DNA from: Curvularia clavata
Lineage: Eukaryota
Direction: 5' to 3'
Length of the DNA stretch: 64,000 nucleotides
Assembly (NCBI GenBank): GCA_023920165.1
Contig: CP089274.1
Location: 3,844,001-3,908,000, forward strand
Part shown: piece by piece, positions 13,712 through 25,304 of the stretch
How positions within the stretch are numbered: position 1 is the stretch's first letter
How the letters are laid out: every line of letters begins with the position of its first letter
The notes under the pieces: model-generated
Told to the model about the DNA's origin: nothing
Database searches by the model: none
What the model saw: the letters and a program-made list of their open reading frames with translations, nothing else
Position numbers and translations under genes: made by a program

Positions 13712-14203
13712 TCAGCGACTGTGTCCAGACTGTGACCTGGTAGCCCATCTTCCCCGCCCCCACAATCTCGCCTTAAGCCATAATAACCTAACGCTGTCTT
13801 TCTCCCCATTATCCTTCCGGATAAATCTCCACTCCTTGAGTTCTAGTTCCTTCAAGATATCACTAACGTCCCTGCCCTTTCGCTTCCTCTTGCCAACCTG
13901 GCGGCTCTTCCCGAGCAAAGGCGTCGCTCCGACACGTACATGCTTTTCAAATGCCGCGCGCCGGACGGCATTCTGCGCTGGTTTCATGAACAAAGGGTAC
14001 GAGGTGTTGTGCGGTGTCTGTGGCGGTGGCGGGTCAAGCGGTAAGGAGCGGAGGCAGCGCAGCTTGAGGAATAGGCGATGGTTTCTATGGGAGCGCTTGG
14101 TGGAGTTTTTGGTGGAGTCTTTGCATAGATCCGGTGGTGAAGGGGAACGAAGATCAGGATGGCACAGATGCATTCTGGAGGCTGTCTGGCAGGTTTCTTC
14201 CAT
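13712..14203 (-). CDS. Small basic hypothetical protein
   Basis: 163-aa ATG-started ORF convergent with the dehydrogenase; no recognisable domain. Confidence 0.35.
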   Translation of the reverse strand: MEETCQTASRMHLCHPDLRSPSPPDLCKDSTKNSTKRSHRNHRLFLKLRCLRSLPLDPPPPQTPHNTSYPLFMKPAQNAVRRAAFEKHVRVGATPLLGKSRQVGKRKRKGRDVSDILKELELKEWRFIRKDNGEKDSVRLLWLKARLWGRGRWATRSQSGHSR

Positions 14204-14934
14204 CTCTCTGTCTTCTCTGTTTTCCTTCTCGTTGTAGGTCTCTCTTTGATGTTGCTTGAAAGTATATGCTGAGAAGTATATGTTTCGCCTTCTTAGACTT
14301 TTTTTTTTTTCGTTCGTCGGGCGCTGTAGCAGTGCGAGAGACGAATGCGTCTTGCTCAGCTGCTTATATCATATGTGAGTTACGCTATAGGTAGAGAGGT
14401 AGACCCTGTGGGTCTGTGTTCCAGTGGTTGCACAGGCTTGGGAGCGAGTTGGACACTACAACGGTTTCGTCTTCATAGTGGCTATGTTTATAGTCTGTTT
14501 GCGTTTAGTGAATCAGTGACATATAGTAGACAGCGTGTGTATACAAAATAAATAGTAAGATATAGTTATAGAGAGCATTACGGTTTCAAACTTGATCGAC
14601 GTTTTTCATGAGCTATTTAGGATGCGGTGTGTGTGGTGCCGAATTGAACCGTACAAACATTCTAGCATCTACCAATCCTGTGCCATATAATAGGCAACCA
14701 CCTCTACCTCACTTGAATTCTCACGCACTCAATGGCCATCAGATTTTCTTATACTCTCATTTAAAGCCCCCTTGTACACATCGCAATCACACAGACTCCA
14801 CTATCCAGTATTTCTTGCAAATCAGACCGGGTGAGAACTTGGAGATTTAGAACATGCTCCTGGGCGTTAAACTCACAGGACTTCTTCCTCAAAATCTACT
14901 TTGATTGTGTGATAATTAACTTCTAGAGAAATAT

Positions 14935-17900
14935 CTACTGATTCCTAAACATTCTTTTCATCCGCTGCCTGATCGTCAACTTCTGCTGGGAAGCCTCAAG
15001 GGCATGTATCCAAGAGGCAAGCTCTACGCATCTCTTATCCGAAGGGCCAAGCGTGCTTTGGAAGCCGTAGAGTGCAGTAGAGAACATGGCCTGAGCTTCC
15101 ATAGGCTTTCTTTGTCTGTGATAGAGACGACCAAGGTTGTCGAATGCGTCAAGTGCTTGCGGATACTGGAGAGCGATCTCATCACCCAGCGTCTTCTTAT
15201 AGCCTTGTATTGCCCGCTTATACATCTTTTCCGCCTCGTCTAGCTTTCCCTGATTTGTATACAGAATGGCAAGGTTATGGAATGTGCCAAGTGTTCGCGG
15301 GTGATGGAGAGCAGGATCGTTGTCTAGTACCTTCTTATAGCCTTGCAGTGCCCGCTGGTACATCTGCTCTGCCTCGCTGAATCTCCCTTGTTCCAAGTAG
15401 AGGTTGCCCAAATTGTTGACAGTGTCTAGTGTTAGCGGGTGTGTAGGCCCACGTTTATCCTCTGACCCTCGCAGCGCCCGTTCATACATCTGCTCAGCCC
15501 TAACCCACTTGCGTTGCCTGTTGTAGAGGCTGCCTAGGTTCTGGACTATGTCTAGTGTTAACAGATCACTCGCCCCGAGACCCTCTTCTCCCCTTCTCAG
15601 TGCCAGCTCATACATCCGTTCAGTCTTGCCTAGCTTGCCTTGCCTGTGATAAACGACGGCTAGCGTATTGACTGCGATTATTGTCCATCTGTAGCTAGGT
15701 CCAAGTGCCTCCTCATACCCTCGCAACGCCTGCTTACACAACCGCTCAGCCTCGCCAAGCTTGCCTTGTGCATCAAAGAGACTGCTAAGTAGAAGCGTGC
15801 CAGCGAGAACCGCTTCATATTGTTCCGCCTCCATGACATATCCTTCTACCTCATCATCGCTGCTGAGTTTTTCTCTCTGGATATTGGCCTGGAACACCCA
15901 TTGAGATGCGGCTTGGGCATGGGGAAATATTCTTAGTTGCAGGGCCGTACAGTTATGTAACGACTCGCTTGGCGCTGCAAATCCAACAGCAATCACGGCT
16001 AAACGTCCTAGCTTCGTTGCAAGCTGCGTATCCTGAGAGCAACAAGCCCACCGATGCACCACGGGGTGTGTCGTGTAGCCCGCCGACCCTTCTACTACTT
16101 CTACAAGCGAGTAGTTGCGTAGTATCAGCATTGCTCTGCTAAACGCCAGCTCGCTAGTTGCTGCATCTCCGATCCACTCTGATAGCATGCGTTGAACTAC
16201 AAGAGATCCTTCGCAAGCTGTCGCAAACAAGTCGTGCCACAGATCTTTGTTGTCCAAAAATGACCACAGTAGAAGAAGATGCGCCGCTGACTCGTATTTG
16301 GCAAGGACAGCTTGATACGAGATGATCCACGTTATCCATACGCTTCGGTCCGGGTAATCTTGAAGTGGCGCGCCTTCTTTGTCTTGGAGCGCCATCAACT
16401 CGTCCCATTGCTGCTCATAGAAGCGGAGATATTCCTCAATGTTCGTGCCACTTTCTTGTAGGTATGCGCCAGCCTGCGCGATTGCTAGCGGTAGACCATC
16501 CAGTCGCTCCAGAAGCTGTTTGCCGAGCTTTGCGTCTACAAAGCTTGTTAACGCCATACAGTACCAGAATATAACTGTAAACTCACCATACGGCTGCTTG
16601 TTCCAATTCTCGAAGATGATCTTTGCTTGCGTCTCGTCCACTTTACCTAAATGCTGTGACTCACCTAGCTGCTCCAACTTGGCCAAACGTGTGGTAATCA
16701 ACACAGAACCATGATCGGCACCCGAGAAATAGCTCCTCACGTCATATGACTCGGGATCTCCCCCTGTACTGCTGTATTCCCGGTCAACATTGTCGAAGAT
16801 AAGCAGCCATGCCGTGTTATCAGGCTGTGCAAGCCAGCCTAAGACGTCTTTCACCACAGCATCCACGTCAACACTCCTTCCTGTCGCATACGCCCTACTT
16901 GTCTCTGCAATCTGACCCTTCGGTATTCTGTTGGCACAACCAGCAATACTTTGTTGGACGCTGTCTTTGCTCCGTCCATCTAACCAAAATACTGCACTAA
17001 AGCAGTGGTGGTGTCGTCGTGCGAACTCGACTGCAAGCTGTGTTTTGCCAATGCCACCAAGCCCACGCAGGATATATCTCTTCTGTCGGCCACCCTGTCG
17101 ATGCTTGGGGAGTAGTACACGTTCCATGTCTGCCAACTCAGCTGGTCGGTCCACAAATGCCCTCACGCTTGGTACACCCTCGACACTGAAAATCGTTTGG
17201 TACACTCCAGAGTCTACAATACTTTAGCTACTTGCTAAGAATATAATTTGAAAGCCAATACTAACACTCTCGTGCAGCTATGTTGCCTGCGCACGCCTGC
17301 ATCTGCTTGTACACCTCGTGCGACGAGATGTACCTGCGCGTCGCCGCCGCCATTTCCTTTACCTTGGCCGCTTCTTCTAGCCCAATATCCTCTAGCCCTC
17401 GCACTACATTGAATCGATAGTATCGTCCTGTGCTATCGAGCTCCTGCCGATCGCGCTGGAACTGTTCAGCTGTCCGCTCTGTCTCTGTCGCAATAGCAAT
17501 AAGCGTCTTGCCGATGTGCAGCACGTCGTCTTTGAACGGCTTGAGCGACGGCACGCCTGTCCCAATCGACACCAGGCACTTCACTCGCCCTTCCAATAAC
17601 TCTGATCCCCAAACCAGGCGTGCCTGATCCCACAACTGCCGCACTGGATTGTTCGCGCCAATCGCGCCATCTACAAACTCCTCACTAAAGCGTCCGATTG
17701 TAATCGAGTCGAAGAAGGAGGTAGCTGCGGAAGTGGCTCGGCACGCCTCCCAGATGGTCACACTGCCTAACAAGTCGTTATTGCCCTGGGGCGTGCGGTA
17801 ACTGGTCAGGCACACTGTCTCGTTCGTCTCTTTGCTCGTCGCACACACGAATCTACAGCCTTTAGCAAAACGTGCTGGGTAGGCAGTGCAACATACACTT

Positions 17901-18353
17901 TGCATGGAGCATTAGGCTCGTCTCTAAGCAGCGCGTCCTCTTTCAAGCCCTGCTGCTTCACAACCTCCTTGATCGCCCGCGCCAGCTCTTCCGCGTTGAA
18001 ACGACCCTGAACCTGACCCTTGATTGTCACTCGGTGTCGTGTCTTGCGGAAGACACGTTTGGAGAGCAATACATAGGCATCGATGCAGTCACCTACGCTC
18101 ATCTTCAGTCGGCCAAGCATAACAGCGATCAGGCTGAAGTTGAGGTGTCAGCGCTCTTTGTATAGTACCGCAACCACTCAGTAATTACTGACCCACCCGT
18201 ACTCGTCCCACCGATCATATCAAAGTAATCACACGGTTTCGGTGGCGCGTCCGGGTTAACAGCCTCCATGAGCTTCTCGAGGATCATCAGGGCGGACAGG
18301 CCCCGTACGCCGCCGCCATCAAGAGCGAGCAGGCGCAGGTCGTGACCGGGCAT
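14935..18353 (-). CDS. Fungal NLR: patatin-like phospholipase + NB-ARC + TPR repeats
   Basis: Patatin DGGGVRG, GTSTGG (catalytic Ser) and DGA (catalytic Asp); P-loop GLGGIGKT, Walker B WLLIFDNVD, GLPLAI; TPR-like repeats (LGNLY...AEQMYQRAL). Introns at 18192-18134, 17896-17853, 17265-17214, probably also ~16590-16540. Confidence 0.92.
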
Positions 18354-19415
18354 AGTACTGCAGTCGGCAGCGGCGCGCACAGCAGTGCATCAAACGTCTC
18401 AAGTAGAAGAATGAGAGCGATGTCTCTTCTATATAGTTGTCGCCCATGACACAGCTGAGGTAGGCCTTCCGCCCCCAGCGTGTGCGGTTGAGCAGGCTAG
18501 ACAGGCTGAGCATGGTGGAAGGCCATGGCCGGTGGTTGGCTGTAGTGGCCTGTATCGTAGCAGAAAGGCGCACGCCGCTGCAGGGGAAGGCACGGTTTAC
18601 CATACATACGAGGTATGCGGGGTCCAGTTCGCTATACCGAAATAGTCGGAACAAAACCGCACTCCCCAGCTCTGATAACACGCCTTTTTCAGTTCTCGAA
18701 AAAAAAACGAGACAAATACGAACACATGTAGATACCAGAGTACTGTAGAATTCATCGTCTATCCACACGATTGTAGTGATTTTGACTCTAAGTTGTAGGG
18801 CGGAACTGGGCGGGTTTGTCCCACTATTTCTGTATACCGAGAGCTAGGACTAGTCGCCGAAGCTAGACCATCATTGGCAGAACATGTTCTAAGCGAGTGT
18901 GCACGTGACCGTAGTGTAGATGGACGCATGCTCACCTTGGAGCCGGGCCTGTGTATTACTTGTAATGCGCTGCTTCTGATAATGTAAAGGTATGAGGTGC
19001 TCTCACCTAGTGCGGTGAATGTGCGGTAGGCGGTGAGTGGTCGGCAGCAACCAGAGGTGACTGTGAGGTTGACTCGTCTTGTGATTGGCAAGGCCCGTTT
19101 GCTTTGAACTATATAAACCCACCTCCCCCGCTACTCTCACTACTTCTCTTTCTCAACCAGTCAACCCAATGATTCATATCAACCCCATCTCAAAACCCAT
19201 ATACTTCATGGTTCCTTCGCGACCTTACTTAGCCCGGAGAATCAACCTTGTACATTACTGCTTTTGATCCACTTGTTTCTTGGTGGGAACCTGCCAGTGA
19301 CAGCTGCCACCGATCCGCTGCAAGTGCGAATGAGTAGTAAGCTATTCAGTACTCCTCAACTGATGACATCGTCTAACATCAGCAGTATATCTCTAGGAAT
19401 ATATACCTAAGTTAA

Positions 19416-20505
19416 TTGGGGGTGAAGATACCCCCAAATTCTCTCGTCTCGGCAGTTTTACGTACTGCCGAGATGAGAGAGCTTACTATTATCGTCGGCC
19501 CCACCCAGGCGGCAAAGTCCAAGAAGATTTGCATGGAACTAGACTCCAACATACTATTAGCAGCACTGCATGGGTGGACTACATTTGATGTAGTCAAGTT
19601 CATTTGCAAAGCCACATCTCAGAACCCATCTAAAACAGTCTTTGGATACGCAGCTTCCATGCTGTTTGGTTATCAAAGCTACGAGACCTTATAAAGAGAG
19701 TAAAGGAATACATCAGGAACAACCCTCCTAAAAAGATCTTGATTACCGACGATATTATTCTGCTGGCCTGGTGGTGGGGCCTCACGCTGAATCTCATCGG
19801 GTTCAAAACAACAACGTACCATAGCGGAATGACTACCGGTGCGAGAGACCAGCTCATGCAAAGGTTCAATGACCCTGGAGTTGACCTGAGAGCCATGGAA
19901 CTTCCGTACAAGGTAGGAGCGTTGGGCACCAATACCTAGGGTGACTGCTCGTCGGTTGTTATCATGTCAGCTGCAAAGAACCAGGACTTGGAGACGCAGG
20001 CGATCTTTCGCCCTGTCAGAGTGAGTTATGCGAAACAAACGCCGTTCACTGTGAAACTCTCACGCTGACTATGACCAGGTGAATCCTCCTCGTGAAGTGG
20101 ACATCGTCAAGATACTCCATTACACGGACCCGCTAGGCAGGATCAAGGCGTCGCACCCTTTTGCAATGCTCATCCGAAGGCTGTACAAAGCTGGACACAT
20201 TAGACAATGTACTTTCCAATGAGTTGAGATCATATGAGCGATACCGTCCGACGCTGGAGTCCATCGGACCTTTTTGCAAATTTGGATACCTCAAGGCAAG
20301 GGCATACAATGATGCATCCATGATCGCCGCTATTGTTCGAGATGAGAACAAGTACGACGATACAGAACGAGCCATCATAGACATGATGAAAAAGGCCGCT
20401 GAGAACATACCTGATGTGCCTGACCAAGAAGGGGAGGGCGATTCGACCGAGTCCGACGGCAATGAAGAGGCTAACAAGGAACCTGGAGACCAGGAGGAAG
20501 ATTGA
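19416..20505 (+). pseudogene. Decayed SNF2-like helicase C-terminal (HELICc) fragment
   Basis: After a frameshift near 19670: SKLRDLIKRVKEY..KILITDD..YHSGMTTGARDQLMQRFND..VGALGTNT*GDCSSVVIMS..ETQAIFRPVR, resembling SNF2 motifs IV-VI; in-frame TAG at 19937; probable intron ~20021-20078. Confidence 0.55.
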
Positions 20506-21358
20506 TGGATTGATTTGACGTCCTTTGGGGAGCCCCCCTCAGAGACTCTAGCCTCCCTCAGGGCATGAAGATGGGCCAAGCAAAGAGCTCAATTTGGTGC
20601 TTAAGGTCACCTATCCTCAGTACATGTAGATTCGACTTACCCTCTCTCTAGAGGTTAAAAGAAGATGTCTTACTATCACGTGCCTACGCACGTGATAGTA
20701 ACATCATGTCGTCTACCTTCCTCTTCTATCCTCAAGTATTAGCCTTACTCTTTCACTCTGGTTTCTCTCAAGTAATGAACTGATAGAAAACTTTAAGAGA
20801 TTTGAATAAAAAGAGAATACTACCTTTTCCACTGGTTAATAAGAAGAAGGAAAAGAAGAGAAGGAAAATAAGAAGGAAAATAAGAAGGAGGAGGGAGAGG
20901 GCGGAGAGTTTGTGGACGCTGATGGGTAATGTGTATGTGATCTCACAGATCAGATACTTTCGACCTTGAACAGGACTAGTGCCAATATCTTGACCAAGAA
21001 GAGAACTAGTGTATGGGCTTGAAGGAATTGGTCAGCTGAGTCAAATACGAGGGTTTCATTTTAGTAGTTACCAAGTCTTTGTACATTGCCCATTATCTGG
21101 TACATGGCAACATGCTTTGGTCAAGGGGAGAGTTGAGGCGTGGCGTAGAATGTTATGGCCTGCCAAGACTTACCCGTCCGAGTAGGAATAGCGCCCTGGC
21201 TCGCATCCTGTACTTAGTCTCCCATCCAAGCTACCACACTCAGTCAAGCTTTTGTATCACTGCTTGGTCCGTTTTTGCTTTCTTTGGTGTTCCTGGGCCG
21301 GTGCGGCTGCTACATGGCACTTTGAAGGTCGTACAGAACTCTTGATTGCTTTATTGTA

Positions 21359-21521
21359 ACGTAGTGGATAAGCGAGTCGCGCAGGCAAGCAAGTCGCGCA
21401 CCCCACCAAACCTTCGCACCTCTATCAGCATATGACTCTACTACTATACGACTATCTCAATGTATATTGGTATAGTAGATTAACTAGTTACTATAGTATT
21501 GTTCTTGTATATACGCGTATT
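21359..21521 (-). mobile_element. pogo/Fot1-like DNA transposon 3' terminus (TIR plus end of transposase); outermost layer of the nest
   Basis: TA|acgtagtggataagcgagtcgcgcaggcaagcaagtcgcgca resembles the TIR at 46800; the downstream sequence resembles the transposase 3' end at 46921-46965; cut by an LTR at 21522. Confidence 0.75.
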
Positions 21522-21772
21522 TGTTACAAGTAACAAGAAGGATTCTCTCCTTGACGGGATTGACGAGGTTAAGAGCCAACCACGTCCACGTCAGAAGGAA
21601 GTGATCCGGCGCAGGGCGCAGGCGATCACGTGACCGGCCTCCCGCCAAGTGCTAGCCTCCCGCTAAAGAAGGGATGCCAGTAGGGCTAGAGAAGTTAAGG
21701 TCCTCCCAAACCTCCTAACGATTAACGGATACTAGAGATATTAGAGAGAATAGGACCTAAAAATAATAAATA
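21522..21772 (+). mobile_element. Left part of an LTR related to family D, split by pogo element A
   Basis: Starts tgttacaagtaacaagaagg like the D LTR (56133); the pogo inserted at the TA of the TATA region; the LTR resumes at 49030. Confidence 0.8.
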
Positions 21773-21939
21773 ACGTGGTTCACAAGCGAGCGGCTCACCC
21801 AACCGAGCGGCTCACGCCCCACCAGCGCGCCGACGTCGACACGTTATTACGGTCTTTTATCACAGTCAATAAACTATTATGATATACCAATTTAATTATC
21901 AGAATCGCCGCTATTACTTGCACTATCTATCTTAACTAT

Positions 21940-23538
21940 ATAGGTACGAGCGTTGTGTCCAGTCTGCTTACAACACCCGCACCGCCTCTCTCCTCGCACC
22001 CTCTTCAACGCACTCTCACCGTCGCCACGACTACTACCCGCCTATTTAGCTAATACTTCTTGTACTTCGCCTATAATAAGAGTCTTTTCTATCCGTATGT
22101 ATCGCCACTTGCGGCTCTTACGCTTATTTAACTCGTTAAGAGCCGCTTAAAGAGTAGTAATTTTCTCTATTAGAAGCACCATCTTATGTGCCATTTGCTA
22201 AGCCTCTTTACTTAACTGCGCGATCTGCTTAGTAGGTAAATTAGCAGAAGACCCATAGCGATTTCTCACGCTCTATTAAATAAGACTAATTTAAGCCTTA
22301 ACCTCGCGCGCGTTGCGTAGTGTCTGCGCCTCCTAGGCGGCTGCCTATCGCGGTGATTGATGTGGTGTCTACACTACTACATCAAGCTTTAATAGCACAG
22401 CCTATAGATCGTGTAGAACTAGACTAGCGCCTCTAAAGCCAGCTTAGATATTCTCCTTCGTAATAGACTGCTTAAAAGCCGCCTTAAAGGCTAGTAGGAA
22501 GGTCTCTTTACTAATATAGTTGGTGCGGTTGCGTACCAAGCCTGAAACAGCGTCGCCATACTTGCGCTTTAACGGCGAGAAGCAGACGACGTTAAGAGGC
22601 TGCAATAGATAAGACGAGTGCGCAGGCATATAGAGAAGAATGATATTCTTCTCCTTATAAAGATCTTAAAATTCGACGGAGTAGTAGCTCTTATAGCCGT
22701 TGATAATTAGTAGTTGATACCTACCTGTAGTATACCTCTTTATATAGGTATTAAAGTGCTCTAGCTAGATAATACTAAGCTAATTATTTATCTAGCTATT
22801 AGGACTAACTTTAAGAATCTAGTCGGCAGGCAAATTTTCAAACTAGACGTTAATAAGCACCTTGCCCGTAAAGACAATAAAAGGTGGTATCTAGCGACCT
22901 AACGCGCCCACGCCTTAGATTATAGTAACCTACTTACAGTTATCTAGCTATACCTGCTTCTTTTTACTATATTCTTCTAAGCCTATAATAACTAACTATA
23001 ATAAAATCTTACCTATTATAAAGCTAGTCTTATTAAAGTTATAGATATTATTATCTATAATACTCTACTTCTACTTCATCGCCTAGACTAAGTCAAACTA
23101 GCGTTAGATAGCTACTAGATCCTTATAGACGGCTCGCTAGTAATTATAGAAACGGCTCCAGCGCGTACAGATCTCAGGAGTTCGCTTAATAAAGTTATCA
23201 ACCTAGTTCTTACTAGTAAAGTTGCTCTTCTACTTATATAATAGTTTATTAGCTATTACTCGAACGTCAGCCTTTATAGACGCAAATCCTCGCGTAGATT
23301 CTTTAAGAATACGCTTAACTATAGCCTCCTCTTCTAGCTTATTTAGGCGCTTTAAATTCGGTTCGCAGTCGCGTTAAGAGCGTCTTCCAGCGCGTCGGTA
23401 AGACAAAGTTCTTTAAGGCACGTTATAGATAGAGATAGCACGTCTTTAGCTTTAAACACGTTGCAATTGGACATTAAAAAGAGTAAGTTGAAGATCTAAT
23501 TCAGAATAAGTTAATTGATTATCGCGTTGCTGAGACAT
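21940..23538 (-). pseudogene. RIP-inactivated pogo/Fot1 DDE transposase of element A
   Basis: Fragment MPAHSSYLLQPLNVVCFSPLKRKY (normally HLLQPLD), C-terminal CGVCKQTGHNART, many TAA/TAG stops. Confidence 0.85.
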
Positions 23539-23572
23539 AACGCGTTGTAGTGTCGACGTCGGCGCGCTGGTG

Positions 23573-24024
23573 TGTTAAGAGTATGATCTCGAGTGGAAGT
23601 AATATAAGACTTCTGGTGTCAAGATCTTCTTAGATTGGTTTTCGCGGATAAAGCAATAGTGTGTTATAAATAGAGTTCTGCAGTAACTATTATATTATAG
23701 ATACTATACTTATAACTTAAGTTAAACACATTAAGCTATAAAAGTTTAATACCTACTACTATATACTAAGTAAGTATTCTATATTCTACACTATCCTATA
23801 ATATTTCGCGTTATCCTATGCGTAGGATATTATAGAATTATATAGAATTCTATAGGATACACGTAATATATCCTATAGTGGCGTTCCGCCAAGTATATAG
23901 GACGTGTAATTACTTATACATTATTAGCTAGTAATATAGTTCTCTTTTAAAAAGGTCTCGATATAGGCTTTATTCTTTTTTCTTTCTATATCTTACGCTA
24001 TTCCCCTCTATTAGATTTATAATA
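23573..24024 (-). repeat. 3' LTR of C1 (U3 type 1)
   Basis: tgttaagag...ataata (RIP form of cgtaaca); alignable with the LTR at 46669-48977 over its full length. Confidence 0.85.
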
Positions 24025-24062
24025 CTATCCTCCTCTTCTAAACTTTATATCCTTATAAACTA

Positions 24063-24635
24063 ATAATAATTTCTAAAAGTACTACTTATCGTCACACACT
24101 TAAAGATCGAATTAATCAAATAGACAATCTCGCAATAGTTTCTTATTAATACTATACGAAGAAGAATCTAGAGTATTAGATATCATTATTAAAAAAGAAG
24201 TATAGAAATTACTATCGCAATAGTATAAAGATATACATTCTAGTAGAGGTTCTAGTTCCGAACTTTAAAAAGTTAGACCAAGAGCTCGCGCACTTAGAAC
24301 AACAAGAGTCTAAGATAGACACAGCCAAGGCTATAGTATTACAATCGCTAGTAGCTATTTATACGAAAAAAGATCGTCTTCGTAAATAAAAGAAAATACT
24401 TAAGCATTATAAATAATAGTAGATTAATAAATCTAGGAAGTTTATAGAAAAAATTAAGGCTTTAAAGGCCATTAAGAGTATTAACTAGAAGATAGAGTAG
24501 TTAGAAAATAGCTTAATATCTAGTACTTTAGCTTTAGACTAGAGTGCGTTTATATCTTCTCTTTTAGAGGGCAACCCTAGATACAAGGAGGCTTTATATA
24601 GTAATATTAGTCTAACTTCTATAGGCAGTTTATAA
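24063..24635 (+). pseudogene. RIP-destroyed antisense Zn(II)2Cys6 + coiled-coil gene of C1
   Basis: From 24144 the frame reads TAT-x2-TAT-x6-TAT-x8-TAT-x2-TAC-x7-TAC, i.e. six Tyr codons, each one G>A step from Cys, at Zn2Cys6 spacing; then KLDQELAHLEQQESK. Start and end are approximate. Confidence 0.65.
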
Positions 24636-25304
24636 GGTTTATTTCCTACTTCTATATATTTTCGCTGTAGTCATATCCTAACTACTTAACTAGATACTCT
24701 ATTCCTTTATAGGTAGTTCAGTATGCTAGAATTTTCTCGACTTCAAACTCATCTTCTTCCTCTAGTTCGAAATAGAATATTTTTTGTAGTAGCGTTTTAA
24801 GGTCTACAGGTTTTAATAACTTAATGTAAAATCTTAGGTATATCTTTACATCTAGTAGTAGATTAAGTATATAGATAACTAGTCTATTCTAGACTTTAAT
24901 TAAAAATAGCCTAATATAAATATTATCTAATCTCTTACTTAATCGTGTCGTACGAAGGTTCTTCGTAAGCAGATATACTTTATCTCTTTTTTTTTAGCTA
25001 AAGTGCTATTTTTCTTTTCTAATTAATATATAAGATACTTTAGCGTTGAGCCTTCTTAAGTAATTCTTATAGTTCTTTATATATTTTCTTTATTTCTTTA
25101 GCCATAGCAATAGCTACTTCTATTTTTAAACTTAGTAACGTTCTAGTAAAAAGATTCAGGTATCTTCTGTGGTTTACGTAAAATAGTATTTATTTTATTA
25201 ATTCTAATAATTTATTGTTATATACTAATTATACTATAGGTAGTAATTATATCTAATTATTTTACTAATAGTTAGTATATATTTGTAGATATATTTTTAT
25301 TATA

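Noticed and set aside
20645..20701. Helitron 3' end (hairpin plus CTAG)
   Set aside because: The CTAG is ~20 nt from the stem and no Rep/helicase or matching 5' end is visible; kept only as an unexplained hairpin.
14935..21358. Starship-type giant element carrying the NLR and helicase
   Set aside because: No tyrosine-recombinase captain gene or boundary repeats recognisable in the window.
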